Below, piece after piece: positions 38,092 to 49,200 of a stretch of 64,000 nucleotides of DNA (its first letter is position 1; every line of letters starts with the position of its first letter). Below the pieces are notes generated by a model. It was not told the origin of the DNA, did no database searches, and was given only the letters and a program-made list of their open reading frames with translations. The DNA is from Phyllobates terribilis. Lineage: Eukaryota. The position numbers were made by a program, and so were the translations under genes. Where the stretch lies: NCBI RefSeq assembly GCF_046119375.1, contig NW_027362770.1, forward strand, positions 197,346,001 to 197,410,000. The letters are read 5' to 3'.

Positions 38092-38600
38092 TGTGGTAGA
38101 TCGCTCACACAGCTGCACATGGTGGTAGATGCAGGAATGCTGTTCCTTTTAATTCCTGAGTGGTTTATTAAAAACATGGCATAAAACACTATCAAGTCCA
38201 TTAAAACAAACAGGCCTATCGTGGCATAATGGGTAAACTGAAGAAAATAAGGTAGCACAGTCCATAGGCCTGTGGAGGGGTCCGTCCGGATAGGGTTAGC
38301 ACAGAAAACATGGTTCAGGAAAAGAAACACAAGCTCCTCTCTGGAGCGAGCGTCTCCAGACACTGAACCACTAATGCCTATGCAGGCCGTGTATTTAAAC
38401 CCCAGACCACACCCTGAGGTGGAGATATGGAGAACAACCTCCCGCCCGCTCTATGGTTGTTCTCATAAAAACACGCCCTTTTACAAATGGTGGATTAACC
38501 CCTCCCAGCAAATAACATGCTGGAGGAAACTTAACGATTTTAATTCACTGAAGCCTGAAACATATCTCCCCTCCAGCACTTTACCAGTGACTTTGTCACA
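38092..38600 (-). repeat. 5' LTR of the Gmr1-type element
   Basis: Direct repeat of 27676-28184, same length. Confidence 0.93.
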
Positions 38601-39771
38601 ATTGTAAAAAGCTGCAAACAGAAGAGATGTCTACCGCTGATACATTGTAACAAGCCGCGCACAGGAGAGATGTCCACCGCTGATACATTGTAACAAGCCG
38701 CGCACAGGAGAGATGTCCACCGCTGATACATTGTAACAAGCTGCACACAGGAGAGATGTCCACCGCCGATACATTGTAACAAGCTGCACACAGGAGAGAT
38801 GTCCACCGCCGATACATTGTAACAAGCTGCACACACGAGAGATGTCCACCGCTGATACATTGTAACAAGCCGCACACACGAGAGATGTCCACCGCTGATA
38901 CATTGTAACAAGCCGCACACAGGAGAGATGTCCACCGCTGATACATTGTAACAAGCCGCACACAGGAGCGATGTCCACCGCTGATACATTGTAACAAGCC
39001 GCGCACAGGAGAGGTGTCCACCGCTGATACATTGTAACAAGCTGCACACAGGAGAGATGTCCACCGCCGATACATTGTAACAAGCTGCACACAGGAGAGA
39101 TGTCCACCGCCGATACATTGTAACAAGCTGCGCACAGGAGAGATGTCCACCGCTGATACAATGTAACAAGCTGCGCACAGAAGAGATGTCCACCGCTGAT
39201 ACATTGTAACAAGCTGCGCACAGGAGAGATGTCCACCGCTGATACATTGTAACAAGCCGCGCACAGGGGAGATGTCCACCGCTGATACATTGTAACAAGC
39301 CGCGCACAGGAGAGATGTCCACCGCTGATACATTGTAACAAGCCGCACACAGGAGCGATGTCCACCGCTGATACATTGTAACAAGCCGCGCACAGGAGAG
39401 GTGTCCACCGCTGATACATTGTAACAAGCTGCACACAGGAGAGATGTCCACCGCCGATACATTGTAACAAGCTGCACACAGGAGAGATGTCCACCGCCGA
39501 TACATTGTAACAAGCTGCGCACAGGAGAGATGTCCACCGCTGATACAATGTAACAAGCTGCGCACAGAAGAGATGTCCACCGCTGATACATTGTAACAAG
39601 CTGCGCACAGGAGAGATGTCCACCGCTGATACATTGTAACAAGCCGCGCACAGGGGAGATGTCCACCGCTGATACATTGTAACAAGCCGCGCACAGGAGA
39701 GATGTCCACCACTGATACATTGTAACAAGCTGCGCACAGGAGAGATGTCCACCGCTGGTACGTTGTAACAA
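38601..39771. repeat. 43-bp satellite, block 3
   Basis: Same unit and orientation; includes a 387-bp (9-unit) internal duplication. Confidence 0.97.
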
Positions 39772-39884
39772 ATTTGCATTATTAGGTCACAATGAGTTCA
39801 GGACTTTGGATGTAAACAATTGTAGTCACTGACAGGAAGCAGAGGGATAGAGGGAGTCGAGACCTCGGGGTGCAGTGATTGCGC

Positions 39885-39890
39885 TTTATT
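39885..39890 (-). terminator. ETFRF1: Candidate ETFRF1 polyadenylation signal
   Basis: TTTATT on plus (AATAAA on minus), 313 bp past the stop codon. Confidence 0.6.
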
Positions 39891-40202
39891 ATTAATAGTT
39901 CTCTGCACACGATCATCAGGCGTTTTCTGCCCTTTACCACAATGCAGTTGGTTCGGGGCCCCGCAGCGACTTTGGCAATGAGACAGGTGTTTGCCGCTGC
40001 TACATCACAGTAAGTAGAAGACGAGCGAGTGGTGAATAGTCAGAAACAGACGGATCCCTCCGGACTCGCTCCTCGCTGTATGTCGCTCCCCGCACTGTGC
40101 TGCGATGTGGCAGTGGCAGACAGCGATCTGCGTCTCGGCCGGGGGATGTGAGGCTCCTGGACCTCCCCTCCGGCTGCAGACCACTTATGCACGTCCTGAT
40201 TT

Positions 40203-40421
40203 CTAGGACTCGGGGCCGTCCTCGTAGTATCGCTGCTTCATCGCTCGGTACTTGCGCAGGAAATATAACGCTTCCAGCTCTTTAATGACGAACTCCCCCC
40301 GAGCGATGAGTTCCCGGATCTTCTCCGGGTCGCTGACGTCCTTGTTCTTCATGAAGGCTTTCTTCAGTCGCTCCTTGAAGAAGGCTTCACCTTTCGGGTA
40401 TTCCCGTCCCAAGAAGATAAG
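40203..40421 (-). CDS. ETFRF1: ETFRF1/LYRM5 last coding exon (72 aa + stop)
   Basis: [72 protein letters not shown]; acceptor TCTTTCTCGTCCGCAG. Confidence 0.96.
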   Translation of the reverse strand, partial: LIFLGREYPKGEAFFKERLKKAFMKNKDVSDPEKIRELIARGEFVIKELEALYFLRKYRAMKQRYYEDGPES

Positions 40422-40728
40422 CTGCGGACGAGAAAGATGGACGGTGTCATACAGGGGAGAGGAGCCGACGAGCACTGATCAGTGCCTGCAGGGGGCAGCA
40501 CTCAGAATGGTGTATAAAGCTGCATTATTTATTTATTTTTTTTATTATTATGTCCAGTTACACTCCTCCAACCTGCCATGTGTCAGTCTTCACTTGAGGC
40601 CTGGAATTCTATTCATGTAAAGACAAACCAAGGATCAAGTCCATCTCAAGAAGTGACATACTAATCAAGGATCAGGAGGCTCTGGATGAACAAGATAAGG
40701 CAGTGGTCATTGCTGGGGGGGGGCTTAC

Positions 40729-40773
40729 GTTCTTGTACAGCTTCACGACCTCCCCTCGCAACGGATTCGCCAT
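40729..40773 (-). CDS. ETFRF1: ETFRF1/LYRM5 first coding exon (15 aa)
   Basis: MANPLRGEVVKLYKN|GTAAG; acceptor CCCTCAG with the exon starting at 40781. Joins in phase 0 to give an 87-aa LYR-motif protein (LYK variant). Confidence 0.95.
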
Positions 40774-42037
40774 CTCCACACCTGAGGGACGGCGCTCGGG
40801 GGTCAGCACATCATGGAGGGCGCAGCTGAAAGAGAAGCAGATGGGTGTGAGGAGGAAGGTGGGCGCACGAGACCACCGGTGAATGCTCGAAAACCCGCAA
40901 ACGCTACAGCGTAAACTGCCCGGCAGAGGGCAGGATCGGTGAGAAGGTTCCCGGCCGCTCTGTGGGGGTCCCGGGGTCCCTCCATCCTTCTATTCTGGGG
41001 ACAGAACGGTTTCATTTTTCTCTTTTTCAGGATAATCCTCATTTCTCGATATCACGATTTTGGAGTAATTACAACTTATTAATTAACTTTTAGTAACTTT
41101 TTCTGTTGCGAACGAGTCGCAGGAGTTAATTTGTTGTTACTTTTGCGCCTTTTTTCCCAGAATAAAATTGTTCCCAGCACTTGTTCTTTTGCGCCTCGTT
41201 CCTTACATAATGGCCGCCTTTTTTTTAATGTTATCTCGGTTTCATCTCTATTTATTTGCTTCGGCATTACGGGCGTGATTTTGGGTATCCAGAATGTTTT
41301 AGCCTATGGCTGTGTTCACACATTGCGTTTTTTCATGCAATTTTTAAGCTGCGTCTTACAGCAGCAGAAGCTCTGAGATTTCCCAAGTCTCCTTGGCTTT
41401 TTTTTCCCTGATTTTGCAGCAGTCGTTTCTTGCATTGTTTTTTTCTCCCATATAAAGCAATGGCTGGTGGAAAAAAGCTGCAAAAAACACAGCAAAAAAA
41501 TAGGCAGGTTTCAGGTTTTATTGCGTTTTTGGTGCAAAAACCTGGGGAAGTTGCATCGTTTTTTTTTTTTCATGCATTAAACTTTATCGACACGCACAAG
41601 AGACAAATGCACCTGACAAAAACGCTGTAAGGGAAATTTTCACGGGGTAATAAAATGTTATTTTCGCACTTTTTGTTTTTCGGGAGGCGGAAGAACTAAA
41701 TATCAGCAATTGTGGTGACTTCATGGCATTTATAGTCCAGGTCTTATAATGTCCCCCGGGGGGGGGAGTAGCGGCCCCTCGCCCCTTCCTCCATAGTGGC
41801 CTCCTGGTGATCAGTGATTGGCTGCAGCGCTGAGACTCTCGGATTGGACCAAACAAGAACGCTGCAGCTGATCACTGGTGAATAAATACAAAAACTAATC
41901 AACTTTATTGGGGAATTCTGACAGATCAGTGATGAGACTACAAGTCCCAGCATGCCCCGGGGCGGTGTGATGAGGGGGGGGTCGGGTATGGAGGGTTTGG
42001 GGGCCGCTGCTGTTTCCCCGCTCTCCCCAGCACTGAC

Positions 42038-42065
42038 CTCCAACCGACTTCCGGCAACAACGCGG
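42038..42065 (-). other. ETFRF1: Candidate short non-coding first exon of ETFRF1 (start approximate)
   Basis: Donor GAG|GTCAGT at 42037-42032 next to a CCGGAAGT ETS site in a CpG-rich patch. Confidence 0.5.
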
Positions 42066-42165
42066 CGCCTGCCGATGACGTCACCAGGTGCGCGCCGAGC
42101 TCCCAGAAGGCCCTGCGGTCTCTATGGCAACGAGGACGCAGCACCGAGACTAAAGAGGCAACATG
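42040..42165. promoter_or_regulatory. Bidirectional CpG-island promoter
   Basis: ETS CCGGAAGT (minus, 42047-42054), perfect CRE TGACGTCA (42076-42083), E-box CAGGTG (42085-42090), RFX X-box GTCTCTATGGCAAC (42118-42131). Confidence 0.75.
42163..42165 (+). CDS. Candidate ATG-only first coding exon, probably DNAI7/CASC1 by synteny
   Basis: GGCAAC ATG|GTGAGA 31 bp after an X-box, head-to-head with ETFRF1 as DNAI7 is in human. No downstream exon was recognised in the window. Confidence 0.45.
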
Positions 42166-42179
42166 GTGAGAGCAAGGGG

Positions 42180-45100
42180 GAGAGGAGTAATGGGGCGAGG
42201 GGGCCAGAAACCGGGGAGCTGAGGAGGAAGAGGAGTAATGGGGGGACAGGGCCAGAAACCGGGGGGCGGAAGAGGAGTAATGGGGGAACAGGCCCAGAAA
42301 CCGTGGGACTGAAGAGGAGTAATGGGGGAACAGGGCCAGAAACCGGGGGACTGAAGAGGAGTAATGGGGGGACAGGGCCAGAAACCGGGGGACTGAAGAG
42401 GAAGAGGAGTAATGGGGAGACAGGGCCAGAAACCGGGGGGCAGAAGAGGAGTAATGGGGGGACAGTGGGCAGAAACCGGGGAGCTGAGGAGGAAGAGGAG
42501 TAATTGGGGGACAGTGGGCAGAAACCGGGGGGCTGAAGAGGAGTAATGGGGGAACAGGGCCAGAAACCGGGGGGCTGAAGAGGAGTAATGGGGGAACAGG
42601 GCCAGAAACCGGGGGGCTGAACAGGAGTAATGGGGGAACAGGGCCAGAAACCGGGGGCTGAAGAGGAGTAATGGGGGAACAGGGCCAGAAACCGGGGGAC
42701 TGAAGAGGAGTAATGGGGGGACAGGGCCAGAAACCGGGGGACTGAAGAGGAAGAGGAGTAATGGGGAGACAGGGTCAGAAACCGGGGGCTGAGGAGTAAT
42801 GGGGGGACAGGGCCAGAAACCGAGGGGCTGAGGAGGAAGAGTAGTAATGGGGGGAACAGTGTCCAGAAACCGGGGGCTGAGGAGTAATGGGGCGGACGGC
42901 GGCCAGAAACCGGGGGACTAAGGAGGAAGAGGAGGAATGGGGAGACAGTGGCCAGAAACCGGGGGGCTGAGGAGGAAGAGGAGTAATGGGGGGGACGGCG
43001 GCCAGAAACCAGGGGTCTGAGGAGGAAGATGAGTAATGGGGGGACAGCAGCCAGAAACCGGGGGGCTGAGGAGGAAGAGGAGTAATGGGGGGACAGTGAC
43101 CAGAAACCGGGGGACTGAGGGAAAATGGGGGGGGACGGTGGCCATAAACCGGGGGTCTGAGGAGGAAGAGGAGTAATGGGGGGGACGGCGGCCAGAAACC
43201 AGGGGTCTGAGGAGGAAGAGGAGTAATGGGGGGACAGCAGCCAGAAACCGGGGGGCTGAGGAGGAAGAGGAGTAATGGGGGGACAGTGACCAGAAACCGG
43301 GGGACTGAGGGAAAATGGGGGGGGACGGTGGCCATAAACCGGGGGTCTGAGGAGGAAGAGGAGTAATGGGGGGACAGCAGCCAGAAATCGGGGGGCTGAG
43401 GAGGAAGAGGAGTAATGGGGGGGACAACGGCCAGAAAGCGGGAGACTGAGGAGGAATGGGGGGACAGCGGCCAGAATCCGAGGGGCTGAGGAGGTAGAGT
43501 AGTAATGGGGAGACAGGGCCAGAAACCGGGAGACTGAGAAGTAATGGGGGGACAGCGGCCAGAAACCGGGAGACAGGAGGAAAAGGAGTAATGGGGGGAC
43601 AGCGGCCAGAATCCGAGGGACTGAGGAGGTAGAGTAGTAATGGGGAGACAGGGCCAGAAACCGGGAGACTGAGAAGTAATGGGGGGACAGCGGCCAGAAA
43701 CCAGGGGGCTGAGGAGTAATGGGGGGACAGCGGATAGAAACCAGGGGGCTGAGGAGTAATGGGGGGACAGCGGCCAGAAACCAGGGGGCTGAGGAGTAAT
43801 GGGGGGACAGCGGATAGAAACCAGGGGGCTGAAGAGAAAGAGGAATAATGGGGGAACAGTGGCCAGAAACCGGGGGGATAAGGAGGAAGAGGAGTAATGG
43901 GGGGACAGCGGCCAGAAACTGGGAGACGGAGGAGGAATGGGGGGACAGCAGCCAGAAACCGGGGGGCTGAGGAGGAAGAGGAGTAATTGGGGGACAGTGA
44001 CCAGAAACCGGGGGACTGAGGGGGAATGGGGGGGGACGGTGGCCATAAACCGGGGGTCTGAGGAGGAAGAGGAGTAATGGGGGGACAGCAGCCAGAAACC
44101 GGGGGGCTGAGGAGGAAGAGGAGTAATGGGGGGGACAACAGCCAGAAAGCGGGAGACTGAGGAGGAATGGGGGGGCAGCGGCCAGAATCCGAGGGGCTGA
44201 GGAAGTAGAGTAGTAATGGGGAGACAGGGCCAGAAACCGGGAGACTGAGAAGTAATGGGGGGACAGCGGCCAGAAACCGGGAGACAGGAGGAAAAGGAGT
44301 AATGGGGGGACAGCGGCCAGAATCCGAGGGACTGAGGAGGTAGAGTAGTAATGGGGAGACAGGGCCAGAAACCGGGAGACTGAGAAGTAATGGGGGGACA
44401 GCGGCCAGAAACCAGGGGGCTGAGGAGTAATGGGGGGACAGCGGATAGAAACCAGGGGGCTGAGGAGTAATGGGGGGACAGCGGCCAGAAACCAGGGGTC
44501 TGAGGAGTAATGGGGGGACAGCGGATAGAAACCAGGGGGCTGAAGAGAAAGAGGAATAATGGGGGAACAGTGGCCAGAAACCGGGGGGATAAGGAGGAAG
44601 AGGAGTAATGGGGGGACAGCGGCCAGAAACTGGGAGACGGAGGAGGAAGAGGAGGAATGGGGGGACAGCAGCCAGAAACCGGGGGGCTGAGGAGGAAGAG
44701 GAGTAATGGGGGGACAGTGACCAGAAACCGGGGGACTGAGGGGGAATGGGGGTGGGGCGGTGGCCATAAACCGGGGGTCTGAGGAGGAAGAGGAGTAATG
44801 GGGGGACAGCCAGAAACCGGGGGGCTGAGGAGGAAGAGGAGTAATGGGGGGAACAACGGCCAGAAAGCGGGAGACTGAGGAGGAATGGGGGGACAGCGGC
44901 CAGAATCCGAGGGCTGAGGAGGTAGAGTAGTAATGGGGAGACAGGGCCAGAAACCGGGAGACTGAGAAGTAATGGGGGGACAGCGGCCAGAAACCGGGAG
45001 ACAGGAGGAAAAGGAGTAATGGGGGGACAGCGGCCAGAATCCAAGGGACTGAGGAGGTAGAGTAGTAATGGGGAGACAGGGCCAGAAACCGGGAGACTGA

Positions 45101-46258
45101 GAAGTAATGGGGGGACAGCGGCCAGAAACCAGGGGGCTGAGGAGTAATGGGGGGACAGCGGATAGAAACCAGGGGGCTGAGGAGTAATGGGGGGACAGCG
45201 GCCAGAAACCAGGGGGCTGAGGAGTAATGGGGGGACAGCGGATAGAAACCAGGGGGCTGAAGAGAAAGAGGAATAATGGGGGAACAGTGGCCAGAAACCG
45301 GGGGGATAAGGAGGAAGAGGAGTAATGGGGGGACAGCGGCCAGAAACTGGGAGACGGAGGAGGAAGAGGAGGAATGGGGGGACAGCGGACAGAAACCGGG
45401 GGGCTGAGGAGAAAGGAGAATAATGGAGAAACAGCGGCCAGAATCCGGGGGGATGAGGAAGAGGAGTAATGGACGGGACAGCGGACAGAAATCGGGGGAC
45501 TGAGGAGGAGTGGGGGGATAGCGGCCAGAAACCGGGGGGCTGAGGAGGAATGGGGGGAGGGGGCCAGAAACCGGGGGGCTGAGGAGGAAGAGGAGTAATG
45601 GAAGGACAGCGGCCAGAAACCGGGGGACTGAGGAGGAAGAGGAGTAATGGGGGGACAGCGGACAGAAACCGTGGGGCTGAGGAGGAATGGGGGGACGGTG
45701 GCCAGAAACCGGGGGGCTGAGGAGGAAGAGGAGTAGTGGGGGGACGGCGGACAGAAACCCGGGGGCTGAGGAAGAAGAGGAGTAATGGGGGGACGGCGGT
45801 CAGAAACAGGGGGGCTGAGGAGGAAGAGGAGTAGTGGGGGGACGGCGGCCATAAACCAGGGGGATGAGGAGGAAGAGGAGTAATGTGAGGGCGGCGGACA
45901 GAAACCGGGGGACTGAGGGGGAAGAGGAGGAATGGGGGGACAGCGGACAGAAACCAGGGGGCTGAGGTGTAAGAGGAATAATGCAGGAACAGCGGACAGA
46001 AACTGGGGGGCTGAGGAGGAATGGGGGGGATGTTGGCCAGAAAATGGGGGGGATGAGGAGGAAGAGGAGGAATGGTGCTCAGCGAACAGAAACCGGGGGG
46101 TGACAAGAAAGAGGAGTAGTGGGGGGACGGTGGCCAGAATCTGGGAGACTGAGGAGGAAGAGGAGTAATTGAGGATCTGGGCCAAAAAACGGGGGGATGA
46201 GGAGAAAGAGGAGTAATGAGGGGACGGCGGCCAGAAACCGGGGGACTGAGGAGGAGAA
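42180..46258. repeat. GA-rich minisatellite, variable ~35-50-bp unit (GAGGAGTAATGGGGGGACAGCGGCCAGAAACCGGGGGGCTGAGGAGGAA)
   Basis: Read directly; ~715-bp block repeated about three times at 43.3-45.4 kb. Confidence 0.95.
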
Positions 46259-46263
46259 AGCAG

Positions 46264-49200
46264 CAGGCACAGTCCAGGGGGTCTCAGTTATTAGGAGTAT
46301 TTATCTGGGGGGGGTGTATGAGGGGTATTAATAAGGAGGGGGTCAGGCACAGTCCGGGGGTCTCAGGTATTAGCAGTAGTAATCTGGGGGAGTATGAGGG
46401 GTATTAATAAAGAGGGGTCAGGCACAGTCCGGGGGTCTCAGGTATTAGCAGTAGTAATCTGGGGGGGGGTATGAGGGGTACTAATAAGGAGGGGGTCAGG
46501 CACAGTCTGGGGGTCTCGGGTATTAGCAGTAGTAATCTGGGGGGAGAGTATGAGGGATATTAATAAGGAGGGGGTCAGGCACAGTCTGGGGGTCTCAGGT
46601 ATTAGCAGTAGTAATCTGGGGAGTATGAGGGGTATTAATAAGGAGGGGGTCAGGCACAGTCCGGGGGTCTCAGGTATTAGCAGTAGTAATCTGGGGGATA
46701 TGAGGGGTATTAATAAGGAGGGGGTCAGGCACAGTCTGGGGGTCTCAGGTATTAGCAGTAGTAATCTGGGGGGTATGAGGGGTATTAATAAGGATGGGGT
46801 CAGGCACAGTCTGGGGGTCCAAGGTATTAGCAGTAGTAATCTGGGGAGTATGAGGGGTATTAATAAGGAGGGGGTCAGGCACAGTCTGGGGGTCTCAGGT
46901 ATTAGCAGTAGTAATCTGGGGGGTATGAGGGGTATTAATAAGGATGGGGTCAGGCACAGTCTGGGGGTCCAAGGTATTAGCAGTAGTAATCTGGGGAGTA
47001 TGAGGGGTATTAATAAGGAGGGGGTCAGGCACAGTCTGGGGGTCTCAGGTATTAGCAGTAGTAATCTGGGGGGTATGAGGGGTATTAATAAGGATGGGGT
47101 CAGGCACAGTCTGGGGGTCCAAGGTATTAGCAGTAGTAATCTGGGGGGTGTGAGGGGTATTAATAAGGAGGGGGTCAGGCACAGTCCTGGGGTCTTAGGT
47201 ATTAGCAGTAGTAATCAGGGGGGTATGAGGGGTATTAATAAGGAGGGGGTCAGGCACAGTCCGGGGGTCTCAGGTATTAGCAGTAGTAATCTGGGGGGTA
47301 TAAGGGGTATTAATAAGGATGGGGTCAGGCACAGTCTGGGGGTCCAAGGTATTAGCAGTAGTAATCTGGGGAGTATGAGGGGTATTAATAAGGAGGGGGT
47401 CAGGCACAGTCCTGGGGTCTTAGGTATTAGCAGTAGTAATCTGGGGGGTATGAGGGGTATTAATAAGGAGGGGGTCAGGCACAGTCCGGGGGTCTCAGGT
47501 ATTAGCAGTAGTAATCTGGGGGGTATGAGGGGTATTAATAAGGAGGGGGTCAGGCACAGTCCGGGGGTCTCAGGTATTAGCAGTAGTAATATGGGGGAGT
47601 ATGAGGGGTATTAATAAGGAGGGGGTCAGGCACAGTCTGGGGGTCTCAGGTATTAGCAGTAGTAATATGGGGGAGTATGAGGGGTATTAATAAGGAGGGG
47701 GTCAGGCACAGTCTGGGGGTCTCAGGTATTAGCAGTAGTAATATGGGGGAGTATGAGGGGTATTAATAAGGAGGGGGTCAGGCACAGTCTGGGGGTCTCA
47801 GGTATTAGCAGTAGTAATATGGGGGAGTATGAGGGGTATTAATAAGGAGGGGGTCAGGCACAGTCTGGGGGTCTCAGGTATTAGCAGTAGTAATCTGGGG
47901 GGTATGAGGGGTATTAATAAGGATGGGGTCAGGCACAGTCTGGGGGTCCAAGGTATTAGCAGTAGTAATCTGGGGGGTATGAGGGGTATTAATAAGGAGG
48001 GGGTCAGGCACAGTCCGGGGGTCTCAGGTATTAGCAGTAGTAATCTGGGGGGTATGAGGGGTATTAATAAGGATGGGGTCAGGCACAGTCTGGGGGTCCA
48101 AGGTATTAGCAGTAGTAATCTGGGGAGTATGAGGGGTATTAATAAGGAGGGGTCAGGCACAGTCTGGGGATCTTAGGTATTAGCAGTAGTAATCTGGGGG
48201 GAGAGTATGAGGGATATTAATAAGGAGGGGGTCAGGCACAGTCCGGGGGTCTCAGGTATCAGCAGTAGTAATCTGGGGGGAGAGTATGAGGGTTATTAAT
48301 AAGGAGGGGGTCAGGCACAGTCTGGGGGTCTCAGGTATTAGCAGTAGTAATCTGGGGGGGTATGAGGGGTACTAATAAGGAGGGGGTCAGGCACAGTCTG
48401 GGGGTCTCGGGTATTAGCAGTAGTAATCTGGGGGGGGTATGAGGGGTACTAATAAGGAGGGGGTCAGGCACAGTCTGGGGGTCTCGGGTATTAGCAGTAG
48501 TAATCTGGGGGGAGAGTATGAGGGATATTAATAAGGAGGGGGTCAGGCACAGTCTGGGGGTCTCAGGTATTAGCAGTAGTAATCTGGGGAGTATGAGGGG
48601 TATTAATAAGGAGGGGGTCAGGCACAGTCCGGGGGTCTCAGGTATTAGCAGTAGTAATCTGGGGGATATGAGGGGTATTAATAAGGAGGGGATCAGGCAC
48701 AGTCTGGGGGTCTCAGGTATTAGCAGTAGTAATCTGGGGGGTATGAGGGGTATTAATAAGGATGGGGTCAGGCACAGTCTGGGGGTCTCAGGTATTAGCA
48801 GTAGTAATCTGGGGGATATGAGGGGTATTAATAAGGAGGGGATCAGGCACAGTCTGGGGGTCTCAGGTATTAGCAGTAGTAATCTGGGGGGTATGAGGGG
48901 TATTAATAAGGATGGGGTCAGGCACAGTCCGGGGGTCTCAGGTATTAGCAGTAGTAATCTGGGGGGTATGAGGGGTATTAATAAGGAGGGGATCAGGCAC
49001 AGTCTGGGGGTCTCAGGTATTAGCAGTAGTAATCTGGGGAGTATGAGGGGTATTAATAAGGAGGGGGTCAGGCACAGTCCGGGGGTCTCAGGTATTAGCA
49101 GTAGTAATCTGGGGGATATGAGGGGTATTAATAAGGAGGGGATCAGGCACAGTCTGGGGGTCTCAGGTATTAGCAGTAGTAATCTGGGGGATATGAGGGG

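Larger units (their letters stand above)
27676..38600 (-). mobile_element. Decayed full-length Gmr1-type Ty3/gypsy LTR retrotransposon (gag-PR-IN-RT-RH)
   Basis: Two 509-bp direct LTRs (27676-28184, 38092-38600). On the minus strand: polypurine tract GGGCAGGGGAGGGGGATA next to the left LTR and TGG-initiated PBS-like sequence below 38092. 4-bp TSD TTTG/ATTG. Domain fragments in the order gag, CCHC, LLDSG, integrase, RT (YLDD), RNase H tail. Confidence 0.92.

Noticed and set aside
22568-39771. CRISPR-like regular repeats
   Set aside because: No unique spacers, vertebrate context, no cas genes.
41952-42503. 183-aa ORF across the bidirectional promoter
   Set aside because: Runs through the donor at 42166 into minisatellite; the repeated KRSNGGTGPETGG is repeat-derived.
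42122-46185. 881-1136-aa Pro/Leu/Ser-rich ORFs
   Set aside because: Antisense translation of the GA-rich minisatellite; three frames open at once, no domain.
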